DNA of 63,902 nucleotides, filler included, from Chrysochromulina tobinii (taxonomy: Eukaryota), in NCBI GenBank assembly GCA_001275005.1. It is 9 parts of 9 records of this genome, joined end to end, with 100 filler letters (N's around TTAATTAATTAA, not from the genome) between each part and the next. Parts side by side here need not be neighbours in the genome. Positions count along the whole stretch, not along the records: positions 28,156 to 48,475 come from JWZX01000581.1; positions 48,576 to 58,940 come from JWZX01000582.1; 7 more parts are not named here. One strand, 5' to 3'. The position numbers were made by a program, and so were the translations under genes. Of the stretch, positions 45,461 to 56,403 are shown one piece after another (position 1 is the stretch's first letter; each line of letters opens with the position of its first letter). The notes beneath the pieces are model-generated. The model was not told the DNA's origin, ran no database searches, and worked only from the letters and a program-made list of their open reading frames with translations.

Positions 45461-48176
45461 TCACGCACCACACCCTCCGCTGAAGGCCATGGCCTTGCCT
45501 GGACGCGTTTCGAGCAGGTTGAACGAATCTGCATCCCAGACTTTGATCATTGCCATCGCGCACCGGAACGGAAAGAGGAGGACCGTCGTCTCAAGCACGC
45601 GCTCCTGCTGCCCACCGTCCCACCGAAGGAGTGCCTTCGCCATTGCCACCGTGATCGGCTCACGTGCTGCCGCAATCAGCTCCACGAGGGGCTTCGCCTC
45701 GGTCCACGCGGAGTCCTCCTGACCCTCTCGAAAGGCGCGCTCGAAGTTGACGGCGTACACCTCGCCCAGGCCGGCCGGGAGCGAGTCGAGATTCTGGAAG
45801 TGAATCGCGCGGCCTTTCTTGGCCTCGCTCTCAAGGTGCTGGCCGAGCATGTAGGCATACAAGAAGAGGCCCTCCGACTTGGCCGAGTGTGCGTCGACTG
45901 CTGCGTCCAATGACGCCGTGCTCAGGCGGCCAACGATAAAAGCCACGAGCTCCCCGGCATCAACCTTTGTGCCCTGGCAGAGGGCTGGCAGCTCCTTGCA
46001 GACCTCCTCGTTATAGACGTGCGCCTCCTTCTTTGCCTCGAGCATGTCTACGTGGTTGAACTGGATCTCGCACACGTACCTCACGCCATCCGGAAGCACG
46101 ACGCCGGCACACGAGATGCCCATCGGCGTCGGCGACGCGTACTTATTCTTGAACCTCGATGCCGGCCCCCTTGAGCCCCTCGGCAAGCGCGCCTGCCATG
46201 CTCGAGCAGCTAGTGAAGCGCAGGGTGAGCCGCGCGAGGTCCTTATGGCCACCGTACTCTGTTTCCATCTTTTCAGACACAAGTGGCTCTTTTTTTGATA
46301 CCCGGCGAGTCAGCAAACTCGACCCCCGATCTTGCCGTCCCCTGGACTGGATGGCGGAGCGTTTCCTTCTTTGGATCCGCCTCCCATTTGTCCGCGATGA
46401 GCAACTCAAGCTTTTCCTGCGCCTCATGCGCCTGCTTCTTGTGGACGGTGATCAAATCGTCCGACACGTGGACGAGATTGTCATTGCGCTTCTGCTTCTC
46501 CGGCTCTGCGATGAGCTTCTCGTAGCCATCCTCAGCGCTCACCCTTTCTGCGCACCTGACGTAGATGGCCTTGGACAAATCCATGGGCGCCTGCAGGACT
46601 GATATGCTGGCGCGCGATCGTGCGCAGGTACACCTCGACGTCGGCCCTGTTCTTGGCCTCATCGGCGCGCAGCTCTTTGGGTTTGAAGCTGAGCGCCCGC
46701 TTGATCTGGGGTTCCTCGCGCGACCTCACGAAGAGCATGAGCCACGGCGGCAGCCGAGAGCTGGCTGGCTATGACGTCAAGCAGCGGCTTCTGCGACTCC
46801 TTGGGCATCTCGTCTAGCGCGTCGGCCTCTCGGGCGCCGGGACCTCCGAGACGAGCAGCGGCAGCGGCGTCTCGAAGAAGAGCGCCTTGAAGAGTTCCGC
46901 GGGGTCGTCCACCGCTTCCCCTGGTGCACCCGTGGCCTCAAGCTTCTCCTTGTAGCCCGGCAGCCGGTGTGCGAGCATGGCGGCCAGGCTGCGGAGCAGC
47001 GAGCCGGGCGCCGACTGTGCCCCGGGTTGTGATGGCGGCAAAAGTGCCGGATGACACGGTCTAGGAGCTCAGCCGATAGCACCGACTTTCCGGTGCCACC
47101 GCCACCCATCAGCCAGAAGAGCGCTCAGCCGTTAGCACCGACTTTCCGGTGCCACCGCCACCCATCAGCCAGAAGAGCTGGGGCGACGCCGGGTCGTCGA
47201 GCCATTTGAGGATCTCGGCAAAGGCCCACTCGCGCGTGCCTTGGAGGTGCGCGCTCTTCTTCTCGCGCCACAGCTCGCGAAAGTCATGAGGCTTCAGATC
47301 CTTCAGATCGAGCGTCGGTGGCAGGCTCAGCTGTCCTAGCGTCTGGCTCTCGGACAGAGATGAAGCACCCGGGGTCAGCCCAGATGGAGCTGCCTCCGGC
47401 ACGTCAAGACCGAGACTCACGAGCTTTTTCTTTTCTTGGTCGCCCACTTTGACGAGGAACACTGACCGCTCCTGCGCTGATGCACCTTCGTAGGCGGCCT
47501 TGATGTCCGCGTCTGGGCTCTCGTCGGTCAAAGCAGAGGCACCCGCACCCATGCCGCCCCGGATGCGCATCATCCCCTCAAGTAGTTCCCCTGCCGACTT
47601 CGCCTCCGCCTCCGCCTCCGCCTCCGCCACCGCTACCTGAGCCGCTTGCGCCGCCACTGCAACGGCGTCGTCGTCGATGCCATCGAGGTTGGTGTCGTCC
47701 CCGTCGTCAAGGTAGGAATTATCCTGCGCGGGGCGCTTGATCGCGGGTGAAGTCGCTTGCAGGCCCCCCACAGCAGGCTTTGGCATGGGCGTTGGCATCC
47801 CAATCTTATTGGGCCTTTCTGAGATCGTCTGTTTCGCTGCCGCCTGCGCCTGCACACCGCGGGTGCTCAACGCATTCGCGCGTGCGCTCGACGGTCCCGA
47901 TGAAAACAGCCGTTGCAGTTCTGCCACCTCGGATGCCTCGTTGACAGCAGAAGCAAGCGGCAGAAGCTCACTCAACTCCTTCCAAAGAGTCGCTCCGCCG
48001 TCCTTGGGCTGCACACGAACGTGTGCACCGAAGCGCTTGATGACAGTGCCGGTAGTTTCGACTCTCATATGCTTGAAGCGCACGTAGTCGCCCTCCTTCG
48101 GGTCCATGAGAGATGCTCGGGTTGAGCGTTCGGGGGGGGTTCCGCCGACGTCGCCCCCCGCCACGACCCCGGCCAT
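45461..48176 (-). pseudogene. Decayed NACHT-like STAND NTPase/WD40 gene with an internal RelA/SpoT-like domain
   Basis: Fragments GTREWAFAEILKWLDD..FWLMGGGGTGKS, HFCRH, LLRSLAAML, GLFLYA, LPAGLGEVY and IKVWDA are spread over several frames. A frameshifting 56-bp tandem duplication lies at 47067-47178. Confidence 0.75.
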
Positions 48177-48475
48177 CCTTTGGTGCCGCGCTGACGCTCG
48201 GCTGCAACCTAAATTTGGTTTCCTGATTGCTGTGCAACAGCTGAGTGACACGACCGCACACCCAGACCGAGACACGGCCCCGCCCGTCTGATTGTCTGTC
48301 CGGAGTTCGCGGACCGCGCGCGCAATTGCCAATTCCGCAATAGAGGAAAGACTAAACTAACTAAGAGTGCGACCGTGTGAACCCCGACATCTGCGACAAC
48401 CGGGGCGCGGCGGGGCGCGCCTGTGGAAATTCTTTGAGTACTCGCCGCCCGCGCGCGCCGCCCGCGCGCGCCGCC

Positions 48476-48575
48476 NNNNNNNNNNNNNNNNNNNNNNNNN
48501 NNNNNNNNNNNNNNNNNNNTTAATTAATTAANNNNNNNNNNNNNNNNNNNNNNNNNNNNNNNNNNNNNNNNNNNN
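48476..48575. other. Artificial contig-joining spacer
   Basis: N44-TTAATTAATTAA-N44. Confidence 0.98.
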
Positions 48576-49635
48576 GCCCGCAGCACGGGGTGTATCCCCA
48601 CCCGCCGTCGGGTTCGGACGGGTCTGGTCGATCGCGCGCCGTGCCGATCAAGGTCACTTCCCCACCCAAGCAGCAGCCGAAGCAAGGACCCTCCTCCTCC
48701 AATTCCACCTCCACCTCCACCTCATCCAACTCGTCGTTGTTGCCAGTATGCTCCATGTCGAAGCTGGAAGAAGCGCCTTGCATGCGAGCCGATCGGCCGT
48801 CCCGCCGCTGTTGCCTTTCATCGGGAAGGCCCACCTCTGTGACGGAGGCCGACAGGGCCACAGCGAGCTGCATGCCCTCCTCGTCCTCGTACCAGTCCTC
48901 GGCCTCCTGTGGGCGCTTGCGGCTGCTGCCGCTCGAGCGCTGCGACGTTGATGGGAGCACGGCAGGCGCTGGGCGCGCTGCTGGCGAGCGGGTCGCTTGC
49001 AGGCCAAAGTCCACGGCGAGCTGACGGCACATGTCCCGCCGCTGGACGCACTCGAGGTCATCACACAGGTGCTCCGGCGCATTGTGGCAGCACTGGCCAT
49101 GCGAGCTTGTGCGCATATGCGACTTGAGGCTGCCCGACCGCGAGAAGCGCTTGCCGCAGCCCTCGTGGTTGCAGGCGAACGGCCGCTCGCCCGTGTGCGT
49201 GCGCTTGTGCCTCGTGAGGTTGCTCGACTCCGAGAAGCGCTTGTCGCAGCCCTCGTGGTCGCAGGCGTACGGCTGGTCGCCAGTGTGTGTGCGCTTGTGC
49301 CCCGTGAGGTGGCCCGACCGCGTGAAGCGCTTGCCGCAGCCCTCGTGCTCGCAGGCGTACGGCTGGTCGCCGGTGTGCGCGCGCTTGTGCCTCGTGAGGT
49401 TGCTCGACTCCGAGAAGCGCTTGCCGCAGCCCTCGTGCTCGCAGGCGTACCGCTGGTCGCCAGTGTGTGTGCGCTTGTGCCTCGTGAGGGCGCTCGACTG
49501 CGAGAAGCGCTTGCCGCAATCCTCGTGGTTGCAGGCGAACGGCTGGTCGCCCGTGTGTGTGCGCTTGTGCTCCGTGAGGTGATCCGACCGCGAGAAGCGC
49601 TTGCCGCAGCCCTCGTGCTCGCAGGCGTGCGCCAT
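48576..49635 (-). CDS. Six-finger C2H2 zinc-finger protein with a UIM-like motif and a truncated Cys-rich C-terminus
   Basis: Six CxHxxCxKRF..L..HxRxH fingers with TGDQPY/TGERPF linkers (84-nt repeat). EDEEGMQLAVALSAS is UIM-like. Alternative start at 49662. Confidence 0.9.
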
Positions 49636-49804
49636 ACGTTCTCGACCAAATTTGGTATTCATACGTAGTTTGCGACTTTCTCGACCCAATTTGGTACTTC
49701 GTTTGCGAGTGAAGTAAAGTCAGAACAGATCGCCCATAGAAAGATGATCTGTCACGGCGTCGTTCCAGTTGGGGAAACTTGCCGAACGTGCGGACTTCTC
49801 GACG

Positions 49805-51506
49805 ATGGCCACTCATGTGGCCACGGCGGCGGTGGACGCTACACACCCGCACAGAGTGCTGCTTGGCGTGATGTCCAATCCGACATCGGACCGTCTGCGC
49901 GTCCAGCTGCGCGAGTGGAACTCGCTCTTCGCGGCGCACCGCCAGGGTAACGTGGCCGTGCGCTTTGTGTTTGGCTCCTCTTTTTACAACGCGACGGAGC
50001 AGCCACCAGCTGAAGCCGTCAGCTCCGCGCAGCAAGAAAATTCGACGCACGGCGACCTCCTCTTTGTCGACGGCCGGGAGCGCTTGCCGCACGTGGGCGT
50101 CGTCACCGAAAAGTCGGCTGCGTTTTGGCGTGAGATTGCCGCCAAGGAGCCTGGCTTTGCCTTCTACTGCAAGTCGGACGACGACACGATGGTGCATTTG
50201 GACCGGTTGGATCGCGTTCTTGGCCAGGTGGTGCGCACCGAGGGCGCCGATCGGCTCGTGTACCTTGGCCATATGAAATGGCGTGGGTGGGACGAAGGCT
50301 ACCGCTTCCAGGCTTGCGGAGGCAGCTGGGGCAATGCTGCAAAGACAAAGAGCGACATCCTATTTGGTGGGCCGGTCGACCTTCACAATCCGTCGGGCGC
50401 GCAGTACCCGCCATGCCCGCACGCCGTCGGCCCATATCCGTACATGAGCGGCGGCATGGTATGCATGTCGCGCGCCCTCGCGCTGCTGGTCGCGGCCGAT
50501 GCGGCATTCGGTGATTTCCTCGCGGTGGCGAAGGCGCGCAATGACCACGGCGTCCGTTGCAAAAAGGCACGCCTGTGCGCAAATCAGCCGGCCGCAATGC
50601 ACATGTGGCACCACGAAGACGCTGGCATTGGCTTCAACGTGTTCCGCGCCATCGTCTCCGCGAACGCGTCCGCATCGATTGTGCCGGTGCCGGTCCACTT
50701 TGACGAACCTGATGACCTCTGATGACCTCTGATGACCTCTGGCGACCTCGGATGACCTCGGATGATCTCGGATGATCTCGGATGACCTCGGATGACCTCG
50801 GATGACCTCGTCTTGCCTGCCTCATCAGGTGCCGGGCCACTTCAACGACCCTGGCGTCATCGAGCGCTCTGCATCCGTGCAAGACAGCTACTGGAGTTCT
50901 CGATCGCTCTTCGTACACGGCGTCAAACGGCGCCATCATTACGAGACCGCCTTGCGCCGCTGGACGCTTGGACGCTCGAGCGACCACCTGACGCTCCGCT
51001 GCGACAAGAACTGCTCGATGCACGGCGCGGACGGCTTCGGATGGGATTGGGCGCGCCTGCCGTGCGCGAGGCCCGTATGGAGCGAGCCGCAGCCGGGCCA
51101 CTTTTGTGACGTGGTGCCGCAGCAGCACTACCGTTGCTGCACGTGGCCGTGGGTCGTGCCGGCTCTGCGCTCCACCTTGCTCGCGGCTCTCGAGTCAGCG
51201 GCGCCTGATCGAAAGATCAGCACGCACGCTCTTATCAGGCAAGCGCGGCAGGAGGCCGCTCGCTTCGCGCCGGTCGTCGAGGGATGTACCGGTGAGTGTG
51301 CGCAGGTCGAGGTGCCGTCTGGGATGCACTTGCACCCTATCCTTGAGGACTTGCATGCGCGCGGCGACATCGTGTACTCGCTGGCCGGCCGCCCGCATGA
51401 CGAGGTCCAGCTCAGAGGCGGCGAGGTGTGGCTGCCCGACGTGTCTGACGACGACACCGACGACGCGTCGGCCCAGCAATATTCGCAACGGGCGGCGTCA
51501 AAATAG
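49805..51506 (+). CDS. GT31-like (galactosyltransferase family) glycosyltransferase; intron 50687..50828
   Basis: Motifs VLLGVMS..RLR..LR, VRFVFG, HGDLLFVD, CKSDDDTMV, YLG, PYMSGG and EDAGIG. The intron joins SIVP|VPGHFNDP in frame. Confidence 0.8.
50710..50810 (+). repeat. Ten tandem 10-mers GATGA(C/T)CTC(T/G) inside an intron
   Basis: Directly visible. The unit is the same as the filler at 33850-33872. Confidence 0.95.
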
Positions 51507-51775
51507 CTCATAGGACTACGGAGTGACACACAAAGTACGGCCGTTCCCCACGGTGCGCGCTTTATGGATTATCGATGCGAGTCCACCGTGGGGCGGCCGC
51601 AGTTGCGGCATTTTCTCGTCTCACGTGGGCGCGTCTCTTAGTATACTTTCATAGTCGACCACTGTGCCATCCACCTTGAATGTTCGTTAATAGTACTTGC
51701 AGGTATACCGTCGGGTCCAGAAGTCAGAACGACCATCGGCCCTCTCTAGAGACCGCTAACCGTACACTCTAGAAT

Positions 51776-53197
51776 CTACCGTCGTAAGGCCGCCCGATCG
51801 GGCCCGCCCTGGCGCGGAGCCTTCGGGCCGCTTGGCGGCACAGGGACACGGGCAAATGTGGCCGCGGCGGTAGCTCTGATCTCCTGGAGGGTGTAGTTGG
51901 CGGGGCGGAGAGGCTCACCAGCCCCGGACGATGTGGCGGGGCGCGTCTCGCCCTGGCGCGTCTGCTTACTCATCTCCACCTGCTTGATGACCGAATTGGC
52001 GGCCTCCTGCAGCTCGTTCGTGCGCGACGTGACGGTCTGGAAGAGGCTGCGCAGGTGCTCGGCGTGTTTCACTTGGTGCGTGAGCTGCGCATTCTCTGCC
52101 ATGAGGGCAATGAGCCGCTCCTCGAGCGCCGTCTTGAGCACCGCCAGCTGCTTCGTCGCCTCATCTGCTTCCGAGCCCCCATCGAGAGCAGCCGCCAGAG
52201 CCGTCTGGAGCCGACGCACCTCCGCGCACGCGCCCTCGTACGCGAGCTGCGTCTCCTTCGCCTTCGCAACGGTCTGTGCACTGGCCCGCGCTTGCTCGCG
52301 CACCTCCGCCAGCTCGGACCCGATCGCCGCGCGCGCCGCCTTCTCGCGCTCCAGCGCGGCCTGCACAAATTCCCTCTCGTGCTCTGCCTTGTTGGCGCGC
52401 GCCTCCGCCCGCTGCGCACGGCTCGGAAGCTCAACACACTCGCGCCGGAGCGCTTCGAGCGCGGCACGCGCCTCATCGACCTGAGCGATCAGGACTTGTT
52501 CCCGCTCGGCTGCCTGAGCGCTCGCCACTTCAGCCGAGCGTGCCGCCGCCTCAGCCGATGCAAGCCGCTCCCGCAGCGCGGCGAGCTCGTCGCGCGCAGC
52601 CGCGCTGCTCTGCTCAGCACTTCGGCGCTTAGCGTCGGCGTCGGCAGCCTTGAGCTCCGCCTCCGCTGCAGTGCGCTTGAGCTCCGCCTCTCGCGGCACG
52701 TGCGCCAGCGCACTGCGGAGCTGTGCCTCGAGAGTCTCGATGCGCTTGCCGAGCACACCCTTGTCGCTGCATCGCTGCTCGCGTTCGCGCTGCTCCGACG
52801 CTCGCGCCTCGGCGACCTCCTTGGAAGCCTGGGCCACCATTGTGCAAGCCTCCTTGTCCTTGGTGGCTAGCAGCCTCTCGCACGCAGCGAGCTGGCCCTT
52901 GGCTTCCTTGGCCGCACGCTCGGTCTCAGCGCATTTGGTGCACTGCGGTGGCAGCTGCGGCAGCGGCTGAGGCGGCACCGGCTTGGCGGCAGCGCGAGCA
53001 GCGATGCACATGCACAGCTCCTTGGTGCCACGGCAGACTGAGCATTCGCTGGCAGAGCAGTGGCAAAGGTTCATTGGAACGCGGCAGTTGGAGCACGTCG
53101 GCGTGCCCACAGATGTGGTGGGCGGTGCGCGTGCCTCTTTCCGAGATGAGGACGGCTCAAGCGACAGGGCCGCAGCACCGGCCAGGGAAGAAGACAT
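51776..53197 (-). CDS. Coiled-coil protein with N-terminal Cys clusters
   Basis: CSNC..CHC, CSVC..CMC and CTKC are followed by a ~330-aa Ala/Glu/Arg-rich heptad region. Confidence 0.65.
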   Translation of the reverse strand: MSSSLAGAAALSLEPSSSRKEARAPPTTSVGTPTCSNCRVPMNLCHCSASECSVCRGTKELCMCIAARAAAKPVPPQPLPQLPPQCTKCAETERAAKEAKGQLAACERLLATKDKEACTMVAQASKEVAEARASEQREREQRCSDKGVLGKRIETLEAQLRSALAHVPREAELKRTAAEAELKAADADAKRRSAEQSSAAARDELAALRERLASAEAAARSAEVASAQAAEREQVLIAQVDEARAALEALRRECVELPSRAQRAEARANKAEHEREFVQAALEREKAARAAIGSELAEVREQARASAQTVAKAKETQLAYEGACAEVRRLQTALAAALDGGSEADEATKQLAVLKTALEERLIALMAENAQLTHQVKHAEHLRSLFQTVTSRTNELQEAANSVIKQVEMSKQTRQGETRPATSSGAGEPLRPANYTLQEIRATAAATFARVPVPPSGPKAPRQGGPDRAALRR

Positions 53198-53439
53198 GGT
53201 GATAGGCACAACCAAACGGTCTCAACCGTTACATTGCAGCCATATTCCGCAAAACCCTCCCTACTCATGGTTAATGGAGGCTCCCACACCGTCGTGAATG
53301 GGGGCTACCGGGCCGAAGAAAGAAAAACGGGGAGTGAGTGCTTTTTGTGCCCCATGTAGATACGGTATGTAGACGAGTTTCGTCGCGATGATGATGTCGA
53401 AGGCGCTCACCGCTCCTGGCTCGCTCTCGTCTCGCTCTC

Positions 53440-54600
53440 ATGCAATCTCGTAGATACAGCGTCGCTGCGTTCCAGGCAGTCGCGTCAGCTTTCTTTTTCG
53501 CCCTCGCGGCTGTTCTAAGCGGCGTCGGCCGCGGCATCATGAACGGCAACGGTGGCGTCGGCCTCAGCTACTCGTGGCACTCGTGGGACAACTTTCGCAA
53601 TTCCACCTTTGACTTGGCGCTTGCGAATGCGACCTTTGATGATCGTATGGCAAGTTACTTTACCTCACGCATGAGGGATGAACGTATCCATCGCAGGTGG
53701 GAACAGCGGCAGAAGGCCAGCGGCACGCAACTCGCCGGCAACTTCTTTGCCGTCCTTGCCTGGTTCTTGGCCATACCGCCTGTGGCATCTCTGGCCTCGA
53801 TCCTCGATGATGGCGGCGTGCGCTCTGCCTCGAGCACGGTCACGTACTCATTCGTGGCCGCCTCATTTCTATCCATGATCGAAGCCATGACCGAAGCAGG
53901 CACCGCGCAGACGGCCGATTGGATGTCCAGGACGTGGCCAGTGCTGTACCAGCCGACAAACGCAAACGAAGGACAGCTCACGGCGACGCAATCCTTCGAG
54001 ATGACGTACACGTTGATGCAGGGCCGCACACTATGGGTCTTTGCTCTTCACGACCTGCTGCTTGCGGGCGGCCTCATGTCGGCCTCGTACCTCATCTACA
54101 CGAGCAGGCAGGTTGGCAACGCTCTCGGCCACCTGGGCGTCGCGTCTGTGCTCGTGTGCCTCGTCGACTTTGGCTTCGAGGTCTCGCGTTTCGTCAACTG
54201 GCGCGTATCCTCGAATGCGATGATCGTCACCGCGCTCCTCCTCGATGCGCTCCTCCTACCGGCATGGCTCATCTGCCTCGGGCTCACGCTCCGTCGCATT
54301 ACCATCGCTGGGGGAGCTTACGCACCTGCCATGCACGCGGCACGCACGGCCGACAGCACAGGCGACGTGGAGATGCAGGGTCCAGCACCCCAGCCAGAGC
54401 CCGACGTCGAACAGCCCCAAATCCACCGATTCACAGTGGAGCTTCACTGTGAACAGCCACAAATCCACCGAAGGCCTGGTCAGGCCGATTCACATCGCCC
54501 CGCCCCAGCAGGCCCCAGGGCTCCACCGAGCCAAATCAAGGCGATGCACAGAAACATGATGAACATCGAGCGCTGGATGCCCGTGATCAATAACCTTTGA
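53440..54600 (+). CDS. Multi-pass membrane protein of unknown function
   Basis: 386-aa ATG-initiated ORF with ~6 hydrophobic segments and host-like codon usage. Confidence 0.7.
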   Translation: MQSRRYSVAAFQAVASAFFFALAAVLSGVGRGIMNGNGGVGLSYSWHSWDNFRNSTFDLALANATFDDRMASYFTSRMRDERIHRRWEQRQKASGTQLAGNFFAVLAWFLAIPPVASLASILDDGGVRSASSTVTYSFVAASFLSMIEAMTEAGTAQTADWMSRTWPVLYQPTNANEGQLTATQSFEMTYTLMQGRTLWVFALHDLLLAGGLMSASYLIYTSRQVGNALGHLGVASVLVCLVDFGFEVSRFVNWRVSSNAMIVTALLLDALLLPAWLICLGLTLRRITIAGGAYAPAMHAARTADSTGDVEMQGPAPQPEPDVEQPQIHRFTVELHCEQPQIHRRPGQADSHRPAPAGPRAPPSQIKAMHRNMMNIERWMPVINNL

Positions 54601-54735
54601 CGCGACGAGACGAGCCGCTCCGCGAGGCAGGGGGCGTGCTTGCATGTAGATGTACATCAAGAGATCGTGACTGTGAAAACAACAACATCGAACATGGTTT
54701 GAACGCCGTATGTACGTCACCCCGCGCGCGGGTCA

Positions 54736-56274
54736 CTATTCTGTCACCTCGTCTGGCAGCGGGCAGCAGCCACGAAGCGGGGCACCTCGGTCACGCCAAC
54801 GGTGGGCCGCCATGAGCACATTCTCGGCCACGCGTGACGTTGGGTGCCTCCAGAGCACGTCTCGGCGGAAGTGTGCAATGAGCTCTCGCATGCGCTCCTC
54901 AGCCACGGGCGAGAGGCTTGCCGTCACATTGTAGAGCGCGCTGCCCAGGTCACGCATCAGGTCCGTCTCGTCAATCGAGCGCGTGATCTCCCGCCAGGGC
55001 ACCCAGCATTGGAAAGGCATTCCCATTCGCCACACATGATCACTCACCACTATTGGGATCGCTCCGTAGCGGAGCGCATCGTACGGGCGAGGCGAGCTCG
55101 GGATGTCCCCCCGCAGGCATAGCGCGAAGCGCGTCCTCAGCAGCAGCGTGGGTGAGTAATGCCCAACGCACGCACCTGCCGTACCATCGCGGCTCACCTG
55201 AGGGGCGCAAGACGACAGACACGCATGCTGCTGCTGCTCCTGCTGCGGCTGCTGCTTCTGCTTGACCGCGGCGGTGAGGTCGCGAGCGCTCGACTTCTCG
55301 AGCACGCCGAGGCTAACAGCGCTCTGGTTTGTGCAGAGCCTCACCGCTGGCCAGTCCTTACCACGATCGCTATCGATGATCAGAAGGTGGTGCGACAGCA
55401 CGTGCTGTGACTGGTGGCGCGGTACGCCCGTCTCATTGCGCGGGCGCGGGTGCTGGTGCTGCCACTGCCGCATGAGCGACCAGCGCACGTAATAACCCAT
55501 CTGCGCGCGTCCTGGGCCGATTCTCGTGCTCGTGCGTCCGCCAAAGAAGAAGGTGACGTTCCGTCGCGTTCGGATGGTCTGCCGTGTGATGGGCGGCGCG
55601 CCTGGTGCGGGCAGAGGCGCAAAGGCCCTATTAGCCTCCAATTTCCATTGTGTGGCCAGTGTGCTGTGAGGGAAGGAGGCCCCATTGTCCACGTATGGCA
55701 CCGTGAGGAGGAAGTCCGTCGTGTAGCCCGAGAGTGCGCGCGTTTGGAAGCCTTTGGTCATCGGGGTGGACCAGCGCGTCTCGACAAAGCCTCGAAGCAG
55801 CGCCGACCCCTTGACAGAGCCAGGTAGGCGACCGTGTTCCCAGTCCAGGCTGACGAACACGTGGTCACGCAGCCGCTCGCGCCACGCGGACGTGCGGTTG
55901 ATGGCCCTCACAATCTTGTCCGTTGGGGTGAGGCCTTTGCAAAATTGTGAACGACCACCACCGCCAGGGCCTCTGGCCGTCTGATAATCGTGCAGCGCTG
56001 GAACGACGAGGAGCGATGCCTCCTCGGGGCTGTGTACGCGCCACGAGTGGTTGAGCAGCTGCCTTAGGAACCAGTACGACCCGCCGTAGTGGTACAGCTT
56101 CTCTGGCGTACCACAGCGCTCGAGCTTTGCGAGCTCAGCGCCCACGGACGTGGGAATGACGGGCGCATCGTACAGGTAGAAGAGGACCGGGGGCTGTGCT
56201 TCACGCGCAGCCTCGACCGCGGCGATCAACGCTGAAGCCGGCAACGTCGAGGCTGAAATCGCGTCACACGACAT
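54736..56274 (-). CDS. Exostosin-family (GT47) glycosyltransferase; 5' end uncertain
   Basis: Motifs FYLYD, WRVHSPEEASLLVVP, RDHVF, VPY, FFFGG and TRFALCLRGDIPSSPRPYDALRYGAIPIVVSD..MPF. Confidence 0.85.
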   Translation of the reverse strand: MSCDAISASTLPASALIAAVEAAREAQPPVLFYLYDAPVIPTSVGAELAKLERCGTPEKLYHYGGSYWFLRQLLNHSWRVHSPEEASLLVVPALHDYQTARGPGGGGRSQFCKGLTPTDKIVRAINRTSAWRERLRDHVFVSLDWEHGRLPGSVKGSALLRGFVETRWSTPMTKGFQTRALSGYTTDFLLTVPYVDNGASFPHSTLATQWKLEANRAFAPLPAPGAPPITRQTIRTRRNVTFFFGGRTSTRIGPGRAQMGYYVRWSLMRQWQHQHPRPRNETGVPRHQSQHVLSHHLLIIDSDRGKDWPAVRLCTNQSAVSLGVLEKSSARDLTAAVKQKQQPQQEQQQHACLSSCAPQVSRDGTAGACVGHYSPTLLLRTRFALCLRGDIPSSPRPYDALRYGAIPIVVSDHVWRMGMPFQCWVPWREITRSIDETDLMRDLGSALYNVTASLSPVAEERMRELIAHFRRDVLWRHPTSRVAENVLMAAHRWRDRGAPLRGCCPLPDEVTE

Positions 56275-56403
56275 GAATCGTTCGGAAATACATACATTAG
56301 CATGCAACGCAAACACACAAGAGGACTTGCATCATGAGCGCCGATGTATTGTGTCGATCCGTTTGAACAGTCACACACACTGTGAGACGTTCCGTGTGCA
56401 TCC

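Noticed and set aside
41094..56274. GDP-sugar transporter, GT31 and GT47 as a glycosylation gene cluster
   Set aside because: The transporter is on a different contig. GT31 and GT47 are separated by unrelated genes and belong to large families.
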